Positions 49,079-59,007 of a stretch of 64,000 bases of DNA are shown here, one piece after another (the first letter of the stretch is position 1; the number at the start of each line of letters is the position of its first letter). The stretch covers positions 58,623-122,622 of the forward strand of contig CAYPBJ010000003.1 of NCBI GenBank assembly GCA_964408945.1, written 5' to 3'. Position numbers and translations under genes: made by a program. Below the pieces are notes generated by a model. The model was not told the origin of the DNA and did no database searches. It was given only the letters and a program-made list of their open reading frames with translations. Origin of the DNA: an uncultured Rhizobium sp. GTDB lineage: Bacteria > Bacteroidota > Bacteroidia > NS11-12g > UBA955.

Positions 49079-50245
49079 ATGTTTTTATGTACAACAACTA
49101 ACATGTGCATTAGTTTTACAAATACCAGCCTGAAAAATCAACAAATTGCATCATCAATGATTGACGCTTTTTTTACCCCTATAACCGAAGAAACATATCA
49201 ACCATTTAAAGGCAAAAAAGCCCTACTCGGAGGGAATGTACAGGCTCATTACCTTACATTTCCCAAGTTGCAAAAAGCCAAAATCGCCCTCATTGGTTTA
49301 GGCGAAAGAGCAAACGCTGTTCGGAAACAATTATACTCACTCGCCTGGCGTTTTGAAAAACTTCCCATTGTTGACTTAGGCAATATTGTTCAAACATCAG
49401 ACAAAAAACAGCAAGAATTTGCCATTTCCGAGGCCATTGGTGAATTGATTTCCCTAAATATTACCGTAATCATTCTGGGCGAAACACAGCCTCAACTTTA
49501 CGCACACTTCAATGCCTACAGAAACTCAGACGAGTCAATTGAACTGGTGCACGTCAGTTCTACTTTAAACTTTGATAAAGACTCTGACTTGAACCGTATA
49601 GTTTCAACCAATCAAAACAAGCATCTATTTAATATTGACTTTCTGGGTACACAATCATATTTAATCACCCAAGAAACATCCAATACCTTAGAGAAATTAT
49701 ACTTCGAAAACTACCGTTTGGGAATGCTCCGTAATCAAATGGAAGAAACTGAACCCGTACTCAGGAGTTCGCATTTGATGTCCTTTGACCTAAATTCAAT
49801 CAGATATTCTGACGCGCCGGGAGTTGAGCTTCCTAATCCCAACGGATTCTACGCCGAAGAGGCTTGCCAAATTGCGCGTTATGCCGGACTTTCAAACAAA
49901 TTATCTTCAGCACAATTTTACGGTTTTGGTCAAACTTCCTGCCCCATAACTGACAATCTTGCGGCTCAATTAATCTGGTATTTTTTAGACGGATATATCA
50001 CTCGTTATAATGACCACCCCGATAAAGAAGATGCTGATTACCTCATTTACAGAAATAAGTTAGAAAGTACGGGACACGAAATCAACTTCTACAAAAGCCG
50101 CAAGAGCAACCGCTGGTGGATGGAAATCCCCCATCCTTATGATAATCAAACCTTCTTTATTGGTTGTTCATACAAAGATTATCAATTGGTTTGTGATGGT
50201 GAGATGCCCGATCGTTGGTGGAGAGCTTATCAGAGACTCATTTGA
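49079..50245 (+). CDS. divergent arginase/formiminoglutamase-family protein (possibly non-catalytic)
   Basis: The arginase-fold third motif is recognisable but degenerate (SFDLNSIRYSDAPGVELPNPNGFYAEEA versus the canonical SxDxDxxDP…GGLT…E). There is no clear GGDHS. The start is uncertain (ATG at 49079 or 49157). Confidence 0.45.
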   Translation: MFLCTTTNMCISFTNTSLKNQQIASSMIDAFFTPITEETYQPFKGKKALLGGNVQAHYLTFPKLQKAKIALIGLGERANAVRKQLYSLAWRFEKLPIVDLGNIVQTSDKKQQEFAISEAIGELISLNITVIILGETQPQLYAHFNAYRNSDESIELVHVSSTLNFDKDSDLNRIVSTNQNKHLFNIDFLGTQSYLITQETSNTLEKLYFENYRLGMLRNQMEETEPVLRSSHLMSFDLNSIRYSDAPGVELPNPNGFYAEEACQIARYAGLSNKLSSAQFYGFGQTSCPITDNLAAQLIWYFLDGYITRYNDHPDKEDADYLIYRNKLESTGHEINFYKSRKSNRWWMEIPHPYDNQTFFIGCSYKDYQLVCDGEMPDRWWRAYQRLI

Positions 50246-50269
50246 CCTAAGTCAAAAATAAAACTCTTG

Positions 50270-51151
50270 TCAATACTTCAGAGTACCTTGAGCAAAATCA
50301 TAGCAACCAAAAACTCCCAAAGAACCTTCTGAAAAATTTGACATAAAAAGCGTAGGCTCCGAAAACGGACCCGCATCATATTGTAATTGACTTAAGTAGT
50401 AATCACGGTAAGCCTTATCCATGGTATATATCGCACCTTCAAATTGTTGTAAAGTAAATGGAGGTTCATTTCCCCATCCCGCGTAAAAGCTACTTCGAGT
50501 CAGCATTTTTACCGTAAAATCACTGTTTCCCTGTTTCATCATCTCTTGAAAATACATCTCCACGGGAAAGTAATTCTTTGCCGAATCTAAAAAACTCCCT
50601 TCCAACTGAGGAGATACATAAAAACGGTCATCGAGGCCTTTGTATTCAAACTCCATGGTGTAGGGAATGGTGGTGTATTCCCAACCCATGCCTCCTTGGT
50701 CTTCCGGCTCGCGCATTTCAAAATACGATATTCTTGCCTTAGTAAAATCTGCCCTAGGTGGCACTGTAGATTGTGCCTTGAATACCTTTCCGTCAGGCAA
50801 CTTTACAGAAAGTTCGTAACTGTTCTTTGATGTTAAATTGATCTTCCCAAAGTTTAATTGGTATGTTCCGGGCCCTGTAGAGAAAAATGTATCTGATACC
50901 TTGCTTGATAAATCTGTCATCACAATGGTACAACCATTGACAGTTTCTGCAGTGTCATCCCATTTACGTTTACCATAGTACGGCTTGGTATAAGTAACTT
51001 GTACTTCGGCGTATGGCATTTGAGGTGTCATTAAACACATAATGACTGGTTTACGCTCAAATTTGGGCGGATCGACCTCAGCATCTCTTTCGCAAGAAGT
51101 TAACAAACCGATAAAAACCCATAAAAATACGACAGCTCTTAAAGTCTTCAT
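50270..51151 (-). CDS. DUF4249-like lipoprotein (accessory partner of the TonB-dependent receptor)
   Basis: Lipobox …LLTSCERD. Its length and position directly downstream of a CarboxypepD_reg-type TonB-dependent receptor are typical for DUF4249. Confidence 0.6.
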   Translation of the reverse strand: MKTLRAVVFLWVFIGLLTSCERDAEVDPPKFERKPVIMCLMTPQMPYAEVQVTYTKPYYGKRKWDDTAETVNGCTIVMTDLSSKVSDTFFSTGPGTYQLNFGKINLTSKNSYELSVKLPDGKVFKAQSTVPPRADFTKARISYFEMREPEDQGGMGWEYTTIPYTMEFEYKGLDDRFYVSPQLEGSFLDSAKNYFPVEMYFQEMMKQGNSDFTVKMLTRSSFYAGWGNEPPFTLQQFEGAIYTMDKAYRDYYLSQLQYDAGPFSEPTLFMSNFSEGSLGVFGCYDFAQGTLKY

Positions 51152-51159
51152 AATGTTGA

Positions 51160-53583
51160 TTATCTAAATTTAAAGGACCACGAAAGTGAAGGAATGATGG
51201 GAAATAAAGTTACTTTTTTCAAGCCCCAATATTCTTCTCCCGTTTGCCAATTGTAGCTAGTACTGCCGTAATAGAAAAACGGATTAAAACGATTGTATGC
51301 ATTGTAGAAACTCAACTCCCAAGTTTCACGTCCACGGCGTTTCTCACGATGGAATTGCATCCCAACGTCTAAGCGGTGATATGCCTCCATTCGAAATGAA
51401 TTTCGAGAACCGTAATCCGTAAGCCAATTGCCTTGATTTTGAAATTGTGGACTCCAAATAATGGGAAACTTACTCATGCTGTGCCCGTTACCCGGAATCA
51501 AACCTTGTGGGGCGGTGATAGCGTTTCCTGTTCCATAGACCCAGGTCGCAGAAAATGTTAATCGCTTGGATGCTTTATAAATTCCAACAATCGATATATC
51601 GTGTCGGCGATCGTATTTTGCCCAAAATACCTTGCCTTGATTCAATTCCGGGAATTTTAGTTGAGTCCAACTTAAGGTATACCCAACCCAACCCGACAAT
51701 TTTCCAATTTTCTTCTGTAAAAATAACTCTGTACCATAGCTCCATCCCTGTCCTGCAGTGATAGCATTCTCCCAATTCCTAGAATCTGTGGGAGCTTGCA
51801 TATCAAACAAATCATCTGACCCCAACAAGAAAGAAGCACCCTCCTTGTATTGAATCACATTGTTCATGTGCTTGTAATATCCTTCCAAAGTAATGCTGTA
51901 TCCGCCTTTTAAATCTTTCGCAACACCTACTGCGGTTTGCTCACTGCTCATGGGAGCAATCTTGGCTGTTGCGGGTACCCATAAATCTGTCGGCAACGAA
52001 ATACCCGAATTGCTCAACAAATGTATGTATTGATTCATGCGGGCATAAGAACCCTTTACACTCAAAGTACGATTTAAATTATAAGCTACTGATAAACGAG
52101 GCTCAGGAAAAACATACTGTGTTTTATCAACCTGGTAATGGCTCAATCTGAACCCAGGATACAATTGAAGTTTACCTAATTTCCATTGGTCTTCAATGTA
52201 TATGCCCGATTCAACCGTGATGATGTTTTTTATGGCTCGATTAATGTTAAAGTCAAACCCACCCTTAACCACTACGGCACCTGGAGAGAATTGATGTCTG
52301 ATGCTGCTAATACCAAATCTGACTTGATGGTCTGGTGCAGGTCGCCAATCAAAATCGTATTTTATTCCAATATCATTGATCAAGCTTTGATATTTCAAAC
52401 TAAATGTATCAAACGGACTTCTATCTTCCACGCTTATGCCTAATTTATAGTGACTGTAAATCAATGAGGCATTAGAAAACAACCGCGGATTAAAAACGTG
52501 ATTCCAACGGGTAGTTAAGGTTCTATTTCCCCATCCAAAATCTGAAATCAATTTGTAATCACCGTCTTTGATGGTGGCATAAAATTTATCTTGTCCAAAA
52601 TATCCGCTCACATACAATTTGTCTTTATCTGATATTTCGTAATTGGCTTTGGCATTAAAATCGTAAAAGTAATAACCTAAATTTCCGCCGTTGCTAGCCA
52701 ACATGATGAACGGTTGCATCAATACATCTAAGTAGGTTCTCCTACCTGAAATCATGAACGAACTTTTCCCTTTCTTTATGGGACCTTCGAAAGTGAACCT
52801 TGAACCAATCATTCCAATACCCACTTCACCCGAATATTTTTGATTGTTACCCTCTTTCATGGTTAGGTCAATTACACTCGATAATCTACCACCATATCTT
52901 GAGGGGAATCCACCTTTCACCAACTCTACCGATTTCAACGCATCGCCATTGAACACGGAAAAGAATCCAAAAAGGTGAGTTGCATTATACACAATGGCTT
53001 CATCTAATATCAATAGATTTTGATCTGGGCCGCCTCCGCGGACATAAATACCGCTTTGTCCTTCGCCCCCTTTTTGTACCCCAGGCATTAATTGAATAAC
53101 CTTAAGTACATCTTTTTCTCCCAATAAGGCGGGAATATCTTTGATTTGATTGACCGGAATATCCACTTTGCTCATTTCAACTTTGTCTGCCACAGTATTC
53201 TTCTTGCTGACAATATTGACTTCTTCAATTTTATCTAAATCTTCCAACGGTACAATCTCTAAGTTCGCCGTTGAATCTTTCGTCCCTGACCAATTAAACG
53301 CCTTAGAATCATAACCGGGCATGTTCACCAAAATGGTTTGAGTTTTACCGCCATCGACGGTCAAAGAATAAAAACCATAGGAATTGGTAGTGGTTTGAAC
53401 GGGTTTCGGAAACGCATCTGCAATAGAAACTGCCGAAATACTAATGCCCCCAAATCGCTCACCAGAAGAAGCATCGCGTACAAAGCCGGAAATGGTAAAT
53501 TTAGATTGAGCTTGAGCAAAAGAAGCAAAAAAACATCCTAAGAAAAACAACAGCAAGCGCTGTAAAGTATTTTTTAATCTCAT
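51160..53583 (-). CDS. TonB-dependent outer-membrane receptor (CarboxypepD_reg + plug + barrel)
   Basis: Signal peptide MRLKNTLQRLLLFFLGCFFASFAQA, a CarboxypepD_reg domain (ISGFVRDASSGE…), a plug, and a barrel with a C-terminal aromatic (…WSFKFR). The ATG at 53583 is preferred. Confidence 0.88.
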   Translation of the reverse strand: MRLKNTLQRLLLFFLGCFFASFAQAQSKFTISGFVRDASSGERFGGISISAVSIADAFPKPVQTTTNSYGFYSLTVDGGKTQTILVNMPGYDSKAFNWSGTKDSTANLEIVPLEDLDKIEEVNIVSKKNTVADKVEMSKVDIPVNQIKDIPALLGEKDVLKVIQLMPGVQKGGEGQSGIYVRGGGPDQNLLILDEAIVYNATHLFGFFSVFNGDALKSVELVKGGFPSRYGGRLSSVIDLTMKEGNNQKYSGEVGIGMIGSRFTFEGPIKKGKSSFMISGRRTYLDVLMQPFIMLASNGGNLGYYFYDFNAKANYEISDKDKLYVSGYFGQDKFYATIKDGDYKLISDFGWGNRTLTTRWNHVFNPRLFSNASLIYSHYKLGISVEDRSPFDTFSLKYQSLINDIGIKYDFDWRPAPDHQVRFGISSIRHQFSPGAVVVKGGFDFNINRAIKNIITVESGIYIEDQWKLGKLQLYPGFRLSHYQVDKTQYVFPEPRLSVAYNLNRTLSVKGSYARMNQYIHLLSNSGISLPTDLWVPATAKIAPMSSEQTAVGVAKDLKGGYSITLEGYYKHMNNVIQYKEGASFLLGSDDLFDMQAPTDSRNWENAITAGQGWSYGTELFLQKKIGKLSGWVGYTLSWTQLKFPELNQGKVFWAKYDRRHDISIVGIYKASKRLTFSATWVYGTGNAITAPQGLIPGNGHSMSKFPIIWSPQFQNQGNWLTDYGSRNSFRMEAYHRLDVGMQFHREKRRGRETWELSFYNAYNRFNPFFYYGSTSYNWQTGEEYWGLKKVTLFPIIPSLSWSFKFR

Positions 53584-53640
53584 AAAATGAATGACAACGT
53601 TGAATGTAACACTTAAACTACGCCTATCCCCCAAAAAAAG

Positions 53641-54438
53641 TTACACAGCCACGGCGCCTTTTATAGCGGGGTGAGGATCATAACCATCAACTTGAAAATC
53701 GGAATACACAAAATCAAACAGATTTTTTACTGAAGGATTTATTTTCATGGTTGGATACGGACGGGGGTCTCTAGATAACTGCAGGTTGACCTGTTCAATA
53801 TGATTTGAGTAAATGTGAGCGTCTCCGAAGGTGTGTACAAAATCTCCGGGCTCAAGGTCGCAAACTTGGGCCATCATCAAAGTTAGCAAGGCATAACTCG
53901 CAATGTTGAACGGAACACCTAAGAATAAATCAGCACTTCTTTGATAAAGTTGACAGCTTAGCTTACCATTGGCCACATAAAACTGGAACATGGTGTGACA
54001 AGGCATTAGGGCCATTTGATCAATTTCACCAACATTCCAGGCATTTACTAATATTCTTCTGGAATCGGGATTGTTTTTAATCATGTTGATGGCCTCTGAA
54101 ATTTGATCAATCACTCGGCCGTCTTTGGCTTCCCAAGAGCGCCATTGTTTGCCATAAACTGGACCTAATTCGCCGTTTTCATCGGCCCATTCATCCCAAA
54201 TACTCACTCCATTATCCTTTAAGTAAGCAATATTTGTTTCTCCTTTGATAAACCAAAGCAGCTCGTGTATGATGCTTTTCAGATGTACTTTTTTTGTAGT
54301 AATCAAAGGGAAACCTTCCGATAAATCAAATCTGATTTGACCGCCAAATACACTGAGGGTTCCAGTACCCGTGCGATCGGTTTTTTTTGCGCCGTTTTCG
54401 AGCACATGTTTGAGGAAAGTTTCGTACTGATTATACAT
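53641..54438 (-). CDS. thyA: thymidylate synthase
   Basis: …[12 protein letters not shown]…, …[12 protein letters not shown]…; 265 aa. Confidence 0.93.
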   Translation of the reverse strand: MYNQYETFLKHVLENGAKKTDRTGTGTLSVFGGQIRFDLSEGFPLITTKKVHLKSIIHELLWFIKGETNIAYLKDNGVSIWDEWADENGELGPVYGKQWRSWEAKDGRVIDQISEAINMIKNNPDSRRILVNAWNVGEIDQMALMPCHTMFQFYVANGKLSCQLYQRSADLFLGVPFNIASYALLTLMMAQVCDLEPGDFVHTFGDAHIYSNHIEQVNLQLSRDPRPYPTMKINPSVKNLFDFVYSDFQVDGYDPHPAIKGAVAV

Positions 54439-54538
54439 TTTAGGATGCAATTTCAAACAAATTTACGAATTCCCTATTGGTATGCGGGTTGTTAAGCCCA
54501 AAAAATTACTATTTTTGCCGTCTCTTATAACATAGAAT

Positions 54539-55777
54539 ATGGCTGAACTGATTACCATGCCCAAAATGAGCGACACAATGACCGAAGGGGTTATTGTTCG
54601 TTGGACAGTAAAAGTGGGAGATACGGTTAAAAGTGGCGACATCATCGCTGAAGTTGAAACTGATAAGGCAACCATGGATATGGAGGTTTACTCCAAGGGT
54701 ACCATTTTGCATATCATGGTGCAAGAAGGTGAAGCCGCTGCCATTGATGCACCTGTTGCAATAGTGGGTGCTGCTGGTGAAGATTTCCAAGCTCTTTTAA
54801 GCGGTGGTTCAGCACCTAAAACAGCAAGCGCAGCTCCAGAAACTACTGCAACTCCAGTGGCTGAAAGTTCTCCATCGAGCGCTCCAGCTACAACCTCAAA
54901 CAATACATCTACTGACGATTCACGCTTGAAAGCAAGTCCTTTAGCTCGCAAGATAGCTGAAGATAAAGGAATTGACCTCAAGGCAGTGGCAGGTAGCGGC
55001 GAAAACGGTCGCATTGTTAAAAGAGACCTAGAAAACATCCAAGCCCCAGCAAGCGGTTCTACTGCTTCAGTAACCAGCACAGCTGTCATGGGTGAGGAAA
55101 GCTATACCGAAGTTCCTGTTTCTCAAATGCGTAAAACCATCGCTGCTCGTTTGGGTGAGTCAAAGTTCACCGCTCCACACTTCTATTTAACCATTGAAAT
55201 TAACATGGATAATGCAGTGAAAGCTCGTGAACAGATGAACGCCATCAGCTCAGTAAAAATTTCTATGAATGATATTGTGGTAAAAGCTGCAGCTTCAGCT
55301 TTGAGAAAACACCCGAATATCAATTCTAGTTGGTTAGGCACAAAAATCAGATACAACAACCACATTCACATTGGTGTAGCTATGGCCGTTGAAGACGGAT
55401 TATTGGTACCCGTTGTGCGTTTTGCAGATCATAAATCATTGAGTCAAATTTCATCAGAGGTAAAAGCATACGGTGCAAAAGCCAAAGAGAAAAAACTTCA
55501 ACCACAAGATTGGGCGGGTAATACATTTACCATCAGCAATCTAGGAATGTTTGGCATTGACGAATTCACTGCCATCATCAATCCTCCTGATGCCTGCATC
55601 TTAGCAGTTGGAACAGTTAAAGATTCTGTAGGTGTAGTTAACGGTGAAATAAAACCGGTGAAAACCATGAAGGTCACCCTAAGCTGTGACCATAGAGTGG
55701 TTGATGGTGCTATGGGAGCTGCATTCCTTCAAACCCTCAAAGATTACCTAGAAGAGCCTGTAAAATTGTTAGTATAA
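54539..55777 (+). CDS. 2-oxoacid dehydrogenase E2 component (dihydrolipoamide acyltransferase; PDH-E2-like)
   Basis: Lipoyl domain (EVETDKATMDME), an Ala/Pro/Ser linker, an E3-binding domain (SPLARKIAEDKGIDL), and a catalytic domain with DHRVVDGA. Confidence 0.88.
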   Translation: MAELITMPKMSDTMTEGVIVRWTVKVGDTVKSGDIIAEVETDKATMDMEVYSKGTILHIMVQEGEAAAIDAPVAIVGAAGEDFQALLSGGSAPKTASAAPETTATPVAESSPSSAPATTSNNTSTDDSRLKASPLARKIAEDKGIDLKAVAGSGENGRIVKRDLENIQAPASGSTASVTSTAVMGEESYTEVPVSQMRKTIAARLGESKFTAPHFYLTIEINMDNAVKAREQMNAISSVKISMNDIVVKAAASALRKHPNINSSWLGTKIRYNNHIHIGVAMAVEDGLLVPVVRFADHKSLSQISSEVKAYGAKAKEKKLQPQDWAGNTFTISNLGMFGIDEFTAIINPPDACILAVGTVKDSVGVVNGEIKPVKTMKVTLSCDHRVVDGAMGAAFLQTLKDYLEEPVKLLV

Positions 55778-55784
55778 ACAAAAT

Positions 55785-55813
55785 AAAAGGCTGCCAAAAG
55801 GTGGCCTTTTTTA
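55785..55813 (+). terminator. rho-independent terminator after the E2 gene
   Basis: AAAAGGCTGCCAAAAGGTGGCCTTTTTTAT: a stem with G-U wobbles, followed by a T-run. Confidence 0.6.
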
Positions 55814-55826
55814 TGAATCATACAAA

Positions 55827-56312
55827 GTGAAAATAAAATTCAATAGCATTCAAGATCTTGGCGATGCGCGCTACGCCGCTGCTGCTATGGCAGAATGGAT
55901 GGGATTTGCCATTGACGGTGAAACATCACTACCCGTGCAACAAGTACAAGAAATTATAGGTTGGTGCTCTGGGCCTAAAATCATTCTAGAAGTAACTGAA
56001 CCCAATATTGACAAAATCAATGCTTGGATGAACGTGATTCCAGTAGATGGAATTCAATGCCTTGAAGATCAATTGCAGACCCTAAAACCACTTCTCCCAG
56101 AAATTACAGATTGGTTCACTTTGTCAAATGACGGAACTCTAGTTTATGGAGACCATTCATTGACAGCTATCAATCCGTCGGAAGAAACTGCTGTGCAATT
56201 GTTGAATGGCAGTCCTGTTTTTGGCATTCACATTGACTGCGAGAAAGAAACATCCCTCGGGAAAAAAGACTACGGAAATTGGAACGACTTTTTTGATATC
56301 ATAAATGAATAA
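55827..56312 (+). CDS. short TrpF-like (phosphoribosylanthranilate isomerase fold) protein of unknown function
   Basis: MKIKFNSIQDLGDARYAAAAMAEWMGFAI… and a C-terminal …VFGIHIDCEKETSLGKKDYGNWNDFF follow the TrpF pattern, but the protein is only 161 aa and no trp genes are nearby. Confidence 0.45.
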   Translation: MKIKFNSIQDLGDARYAAAAMAEWMGFAIDGETSLPVQQVQEIIGWCSGPKIILEVTEPNIDKINAWMNVIPVDGIQCLEDQLQTLKPLLPEITDWFTLSNDGTLVYGDHSLTAINPSEETAVQLLNGSPVFGIHIDCEKETSLGKKDYGNWNDFFDIINE

Positions 56313-56316
56313 TACC

Positions 56317-56514
56317 ATGAAAAAAATCATTATCCCTGCCATCGCCGCAATGTCATTGACTTTTGCCGCATGCAACAGCAACGAAGGCGCTTTCACTGAA
56401 GAGCAAAAAACCACACAAGACAGCACAGATCAAGCCTCACAAGACGCTGCGTTTGATGAATTGATGAGCGATACCAGCAGCAGCGACACAAACAACACCC
56501 CAGAAGTAAAATAA
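56317..56514 (+). CDS. small acidic lipoprotein
   Basis: MKKIIIPAIAAMSLTFAAC (lipobox) followed by an Asp/Ser/Thr-rich low-complexity tail. Confidence 0.55.
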   Translation: MKKIIIPAIAAMSLTFAACNSNEGAFTEEQKTTQDSTDQASQDAAFDELMSDTSSSDTNNTPEVK

Positions 56515-57500
56515 TGAAAATAGCCGTAGTTGGTGCCACCGGACTGGTTGGAACTAAAATGTTGCAAGTTCTGCAAGAACGAAATTTTCCCGTTACTGAA
56601 TTGATTCCTGTAGCTTCTCAAAGCAGCGTTGGTAAGCAAATTCAATTCAATGGAAAATCCTATTCGGTGGTATCAATGATGCAGGCACTTTCCTTAAAAC
56701 CTCAAATAGCTCTATTTTCAGCAGGTGGAAGTACCTCATTAGAGTGGGCACCCAAATTTGCTGAAATTGGGTGTTATGTCATTGACAACTCTAGTGCTTG
56801 GCGCATGGATCCTGCCGTTCCGTTGGTGGTTCCCGAAGTCAATCCAGATGCTCTCAACGACTCAAAAATCATTGCAAATCCCAACTGCAGCACCATCCAA
56901 ATGGTGGTAGCCTTACAACCCCTACACCAAAAATACGCGCTCAAAAGAGTGATTGTCAGTACATACCAGTCAGTAACCGGTACCGGACAAAAAGCCGTGG
57001 AACAGCTCATGAACGAGAGAGCCGGCGTTGAGGCTTCTAAAGTATACCCATATACCATTGACCTAAATGTGCTTCCTCACATTGACGTATTTCAAGATAA
57101 CGGTTACACCAAAGAGGAAATGAAAATGATTCTCGAAACCCGAAAAATCATGTCGCTTCCTGACTTAAAAATCTCAGCAACCACTGTGCGAATTCCCACC
57201 ATGGGCGGACATTCCGAAAGTATAAACGCCGAGTTTGAACAGCAACCAGAACTTGCAGAAACACGACGTCTACTCAGTGATTTTCCGGGAATAATTCTTC
57301 AAGACGACCCCCAAAACCTGTCATACCCCATGCCGCTCACTGCGCATGACCGCGACGAAGTTTTCGTGGGAAGAATTCGACTAGATGAATCGCAACCCAA
57401 CACATTGAACCTTTGGGTAGTGTCTGATAACCTGAGAAAAGGGGCCGCAACCAACGCAGTGCAAATTGCAGAACTTTTAAAAAACCAAAACAGAGTTTGA
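56514..57500 (+). CDS. asd: aspartate-semialdehyde dehydrogenase
   Basis: MKIAVVGATGLVGTKML… (Rossmann fold); catalytic NPNCSTIQMVVAL. Confidence 0.92.
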   Translation: MKIAVVGATGLVGTKMLQVLQERNFPVTELIPVASQSSVGKQIQFNGKSYSVVSMMQALSLKPQIALFSAGGSTSLEWAPKFAEIGCYVIDNSSAWRMDPAVPLVVPEVNPDALNDSKIIANPNCSTIQMVVALQPLHQKYALKRVIVSTYQSVTGTGQKAVEQLMNERAGVEASKVYPYTIDLNVLPHIDVFQDNGYTKEEMKMILETRKIMSLPDLKISATTVRIPTMGGHSESINAEFEQQPELAETRRLLSDFPGIILQDDPQNLSYPMPLTAHDRDEVFVGRIRLDESQPNTLNLWVVSDNLRKGAATNAVQIAELLKNQNRV

Positions 57501-57514
57501 ATGGTTAGTTAAGC

Positions 57515-57979
57515 ATGTCTGAAGACAACCTAGTTCAATCTGACCCCAACGAAGACAAACGTCCACTTTTCCTGAAAGACGCCATTTATCAAGGCGAGCT
57601 ACATTCGGCTCCCTATGCGTTGACGGTCAGTTCACCCAAAATTGAACCCATTGATAAACGCTTGTTAAAGGCCAATGCCCATGAAGCCATGCAGCATCAG
57701 GCCGAACAGCAAATTCAGATGCTCAAAAAACAGGCCGAATTGCTCATCAAACAGGCAAAAGCCATCGAAGACCGACTCGCCCTCTCCCACTCCATCTACC
57801 AGGCCGAAATCAACTTCGAGCCCATCATTCACGGCATCTATCACCTCTACCAAAAATCCGACGGAAGCCAGGTGCTCACCATGATCGCCCCCTACGAATG
57901 GGGTAAAACCATGCCCTTCGAGCAGTTCCTAAATACTGTTCGACTGCTTCCCGACAAAACTTGGGAAATTCTCGCTTAA
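57515..57979 (+). CDS. hypothetical protein (conserved small cytoplasmic protein)
   Basis: 154-aa ORF with coding-like composition. No catalytic motif recognised. Confidence 0.5.
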   Translation: MSEDNLVQSDPNEDKRPLFLKDAIYQGELHSAPYALTVSSPKIEPIDKRLLKANAHEAMQHQAEQQIQMLKKQAELLIKQAKAIEDRLALSHSIYQAEINFEPIIHGIYHLYQKSDGSQVLTMIAPYEWGKTMPFEQFLNTVRLLPDKTWEILA

Positions 57980-58030
57980 CTTTTTTTTCGCTTAGCTTTT
58001 TCTCTGGGGATGTTTTTTCGGGGGATGTTT

Positions 58031-58840
58031 TTAGTTTCCACCTTTTCGGTGGAAATCAACGGCCTTGCGCACGCTCCCGGTTTCCAAAAGCAACTTACGT
58101 GCATTTTCTTCTGTTAATCCCGTTTCTTCTACGATCATCTTTGTACCCCGTTCAACCAATTTTTGATTGGTCAACTGCATATCTACCATCTTATTGCCTT
58201 TTACATGTCCCAATTTAATCATCACCGAAGTGGTTATCATGTTCAATACCATTTTGGTAGCTGTTCCCGCTTTCATCCTAGTAGAGCCGGTCACAAACTC
58301 AGGTCCGGTAACAATTTCCACAGGATAATTAGCAATTTTAGCAACTTTTGAATCCGAATTACATACCACGCACCCAGTGCCTGCACCCAACTCATTGCAT
58401 GCTTGCAAGGCTCCAGCCACATAAGGCGTTCTTCCCGATGCCGCAATACCAATGACAAAATCGTTTGCATTCACGTTCCAAGCTTTTAGATCTTCAAATC
58501 CTTGATTTTCATCATCTTCAGCATTTTCAACCGCTCTCCTGATAGCCCTATCTCCGCCTGCAATCAATCCAATAACCCGGTCAAAATCCACCCCAAACGT
58601 TGGCGGACATTCAGAAGCATCTACTATACCCAACCTTCCCGAAGTACCTGCACCCAAATAAAATAACCGTCCTCCAACTTTCATTTTATCATAGACTGCA
58701 TCAACCAAACACGTTATTTGAGGAATGGCCAATTCCACAGCAACGGCAACGGTTTGATCTTCCTGATTGATGCCCCGAAGCAATTCCTCAGTGCCCATTA
58801 ATTCCAAATCATTGTGTCGAGAAGTACTTTCGGTATTCAT
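58031..58840 (-). CDS. murQ: N-acetylmuramic acid 6-phosphate etherase
   Basis: SIS domain …FYLGAGTSGRLG… and the family C-terminal motif. The ATG at 58840 (MNTESTS…) is preferred over the upstream TTG. Confidence 0.88.
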   Translation of the reverse strand: MNTESTSRHNDLELMGTEELLRGINQEDQTVAVAVELAIPQITCLVDAVYDKMKVGGRLFYLGAGTSGRLGIVDASECPPTFGVDFDRVIGLIAGGDRAIRRAVENAEDDENQGFEDLKAWNVNANDFVIGIAASGRTPYVAGALQACNELGAGTGCVVCNSDSKVAKIANYPVEIVTGPEFVTGSTRMKAGTATKMVLNMITTSVMIKLGHVKGNKMVDMQLTNQKLVERGTKMIVEETGLTEENARKLLLETGSVRKAVDFHRKGGN

Positions 58841-58878
58841 TTTTGACAAATTTACATTTCTTCACTAAATCTTCTGCG

Positions 58879-58886
58879 TAAATTTG
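58879..58886 (+). promoter_or_regulatory. candidate -7 promoter box (TAAATTTG, TAnnTTTG consensus) immediately upstream of the heptamer repeat array
   Basis: An exact match to the Bacteroidota -7 consensus. It would place the transcription start about 58.89 kb, so the repeat array would be transcribed as the 5' leader of the gene at 59016. Confidence 0.35.
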
Positions 58887-58887
58887 T

Positions 58888-58978
58888 GGTCCATAGTCCG
58901 TGGTCCATAGTCCGTGGTCCATGGTCCGTAGTCCGTGGTCCATAGTCCATAGTCCGTAGTCCGTAGTCCGTAGTCCAA
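58888..58978. repeat. perfect 7-bp tandem repeat, 13 copies, consensus GTCCRTR (GTCCATA/GTCCGTG/GTCCGTA)
   Basis: Direct reading: GTCCATA GTCCGTG GTCCATA GTCCGTG GTCCATG GTCCGTA GTCCGTG GTCCATA GTCCATA GTCCGTA GTCCGTA GTCCGTA GTCCAAC, with no indels. It lies between murQ (minus) and the gene at 59016 (plus). Confidence 0.9.
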
Positions 58979-58986
58979 CGACCCTG

Positions 58987-59007
58987 TACCAATTACCAAT
59001 TACCAAA
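58987..59007. repeat. second short 7-bp tandem repeat (TACCAAT x3), in register with the first array
   Basis: TACCAAT TACCAAT TACCAAA, 9 nt before the ATG at 59016. Confidence 0.8.

Noticed and set aside
58888-58978. Possible CRISPR array.
   Set aside because: The units are 7 bp with no spacers and no cas genes in the window, so this is a simple tandem repeat rather than CRISPR.
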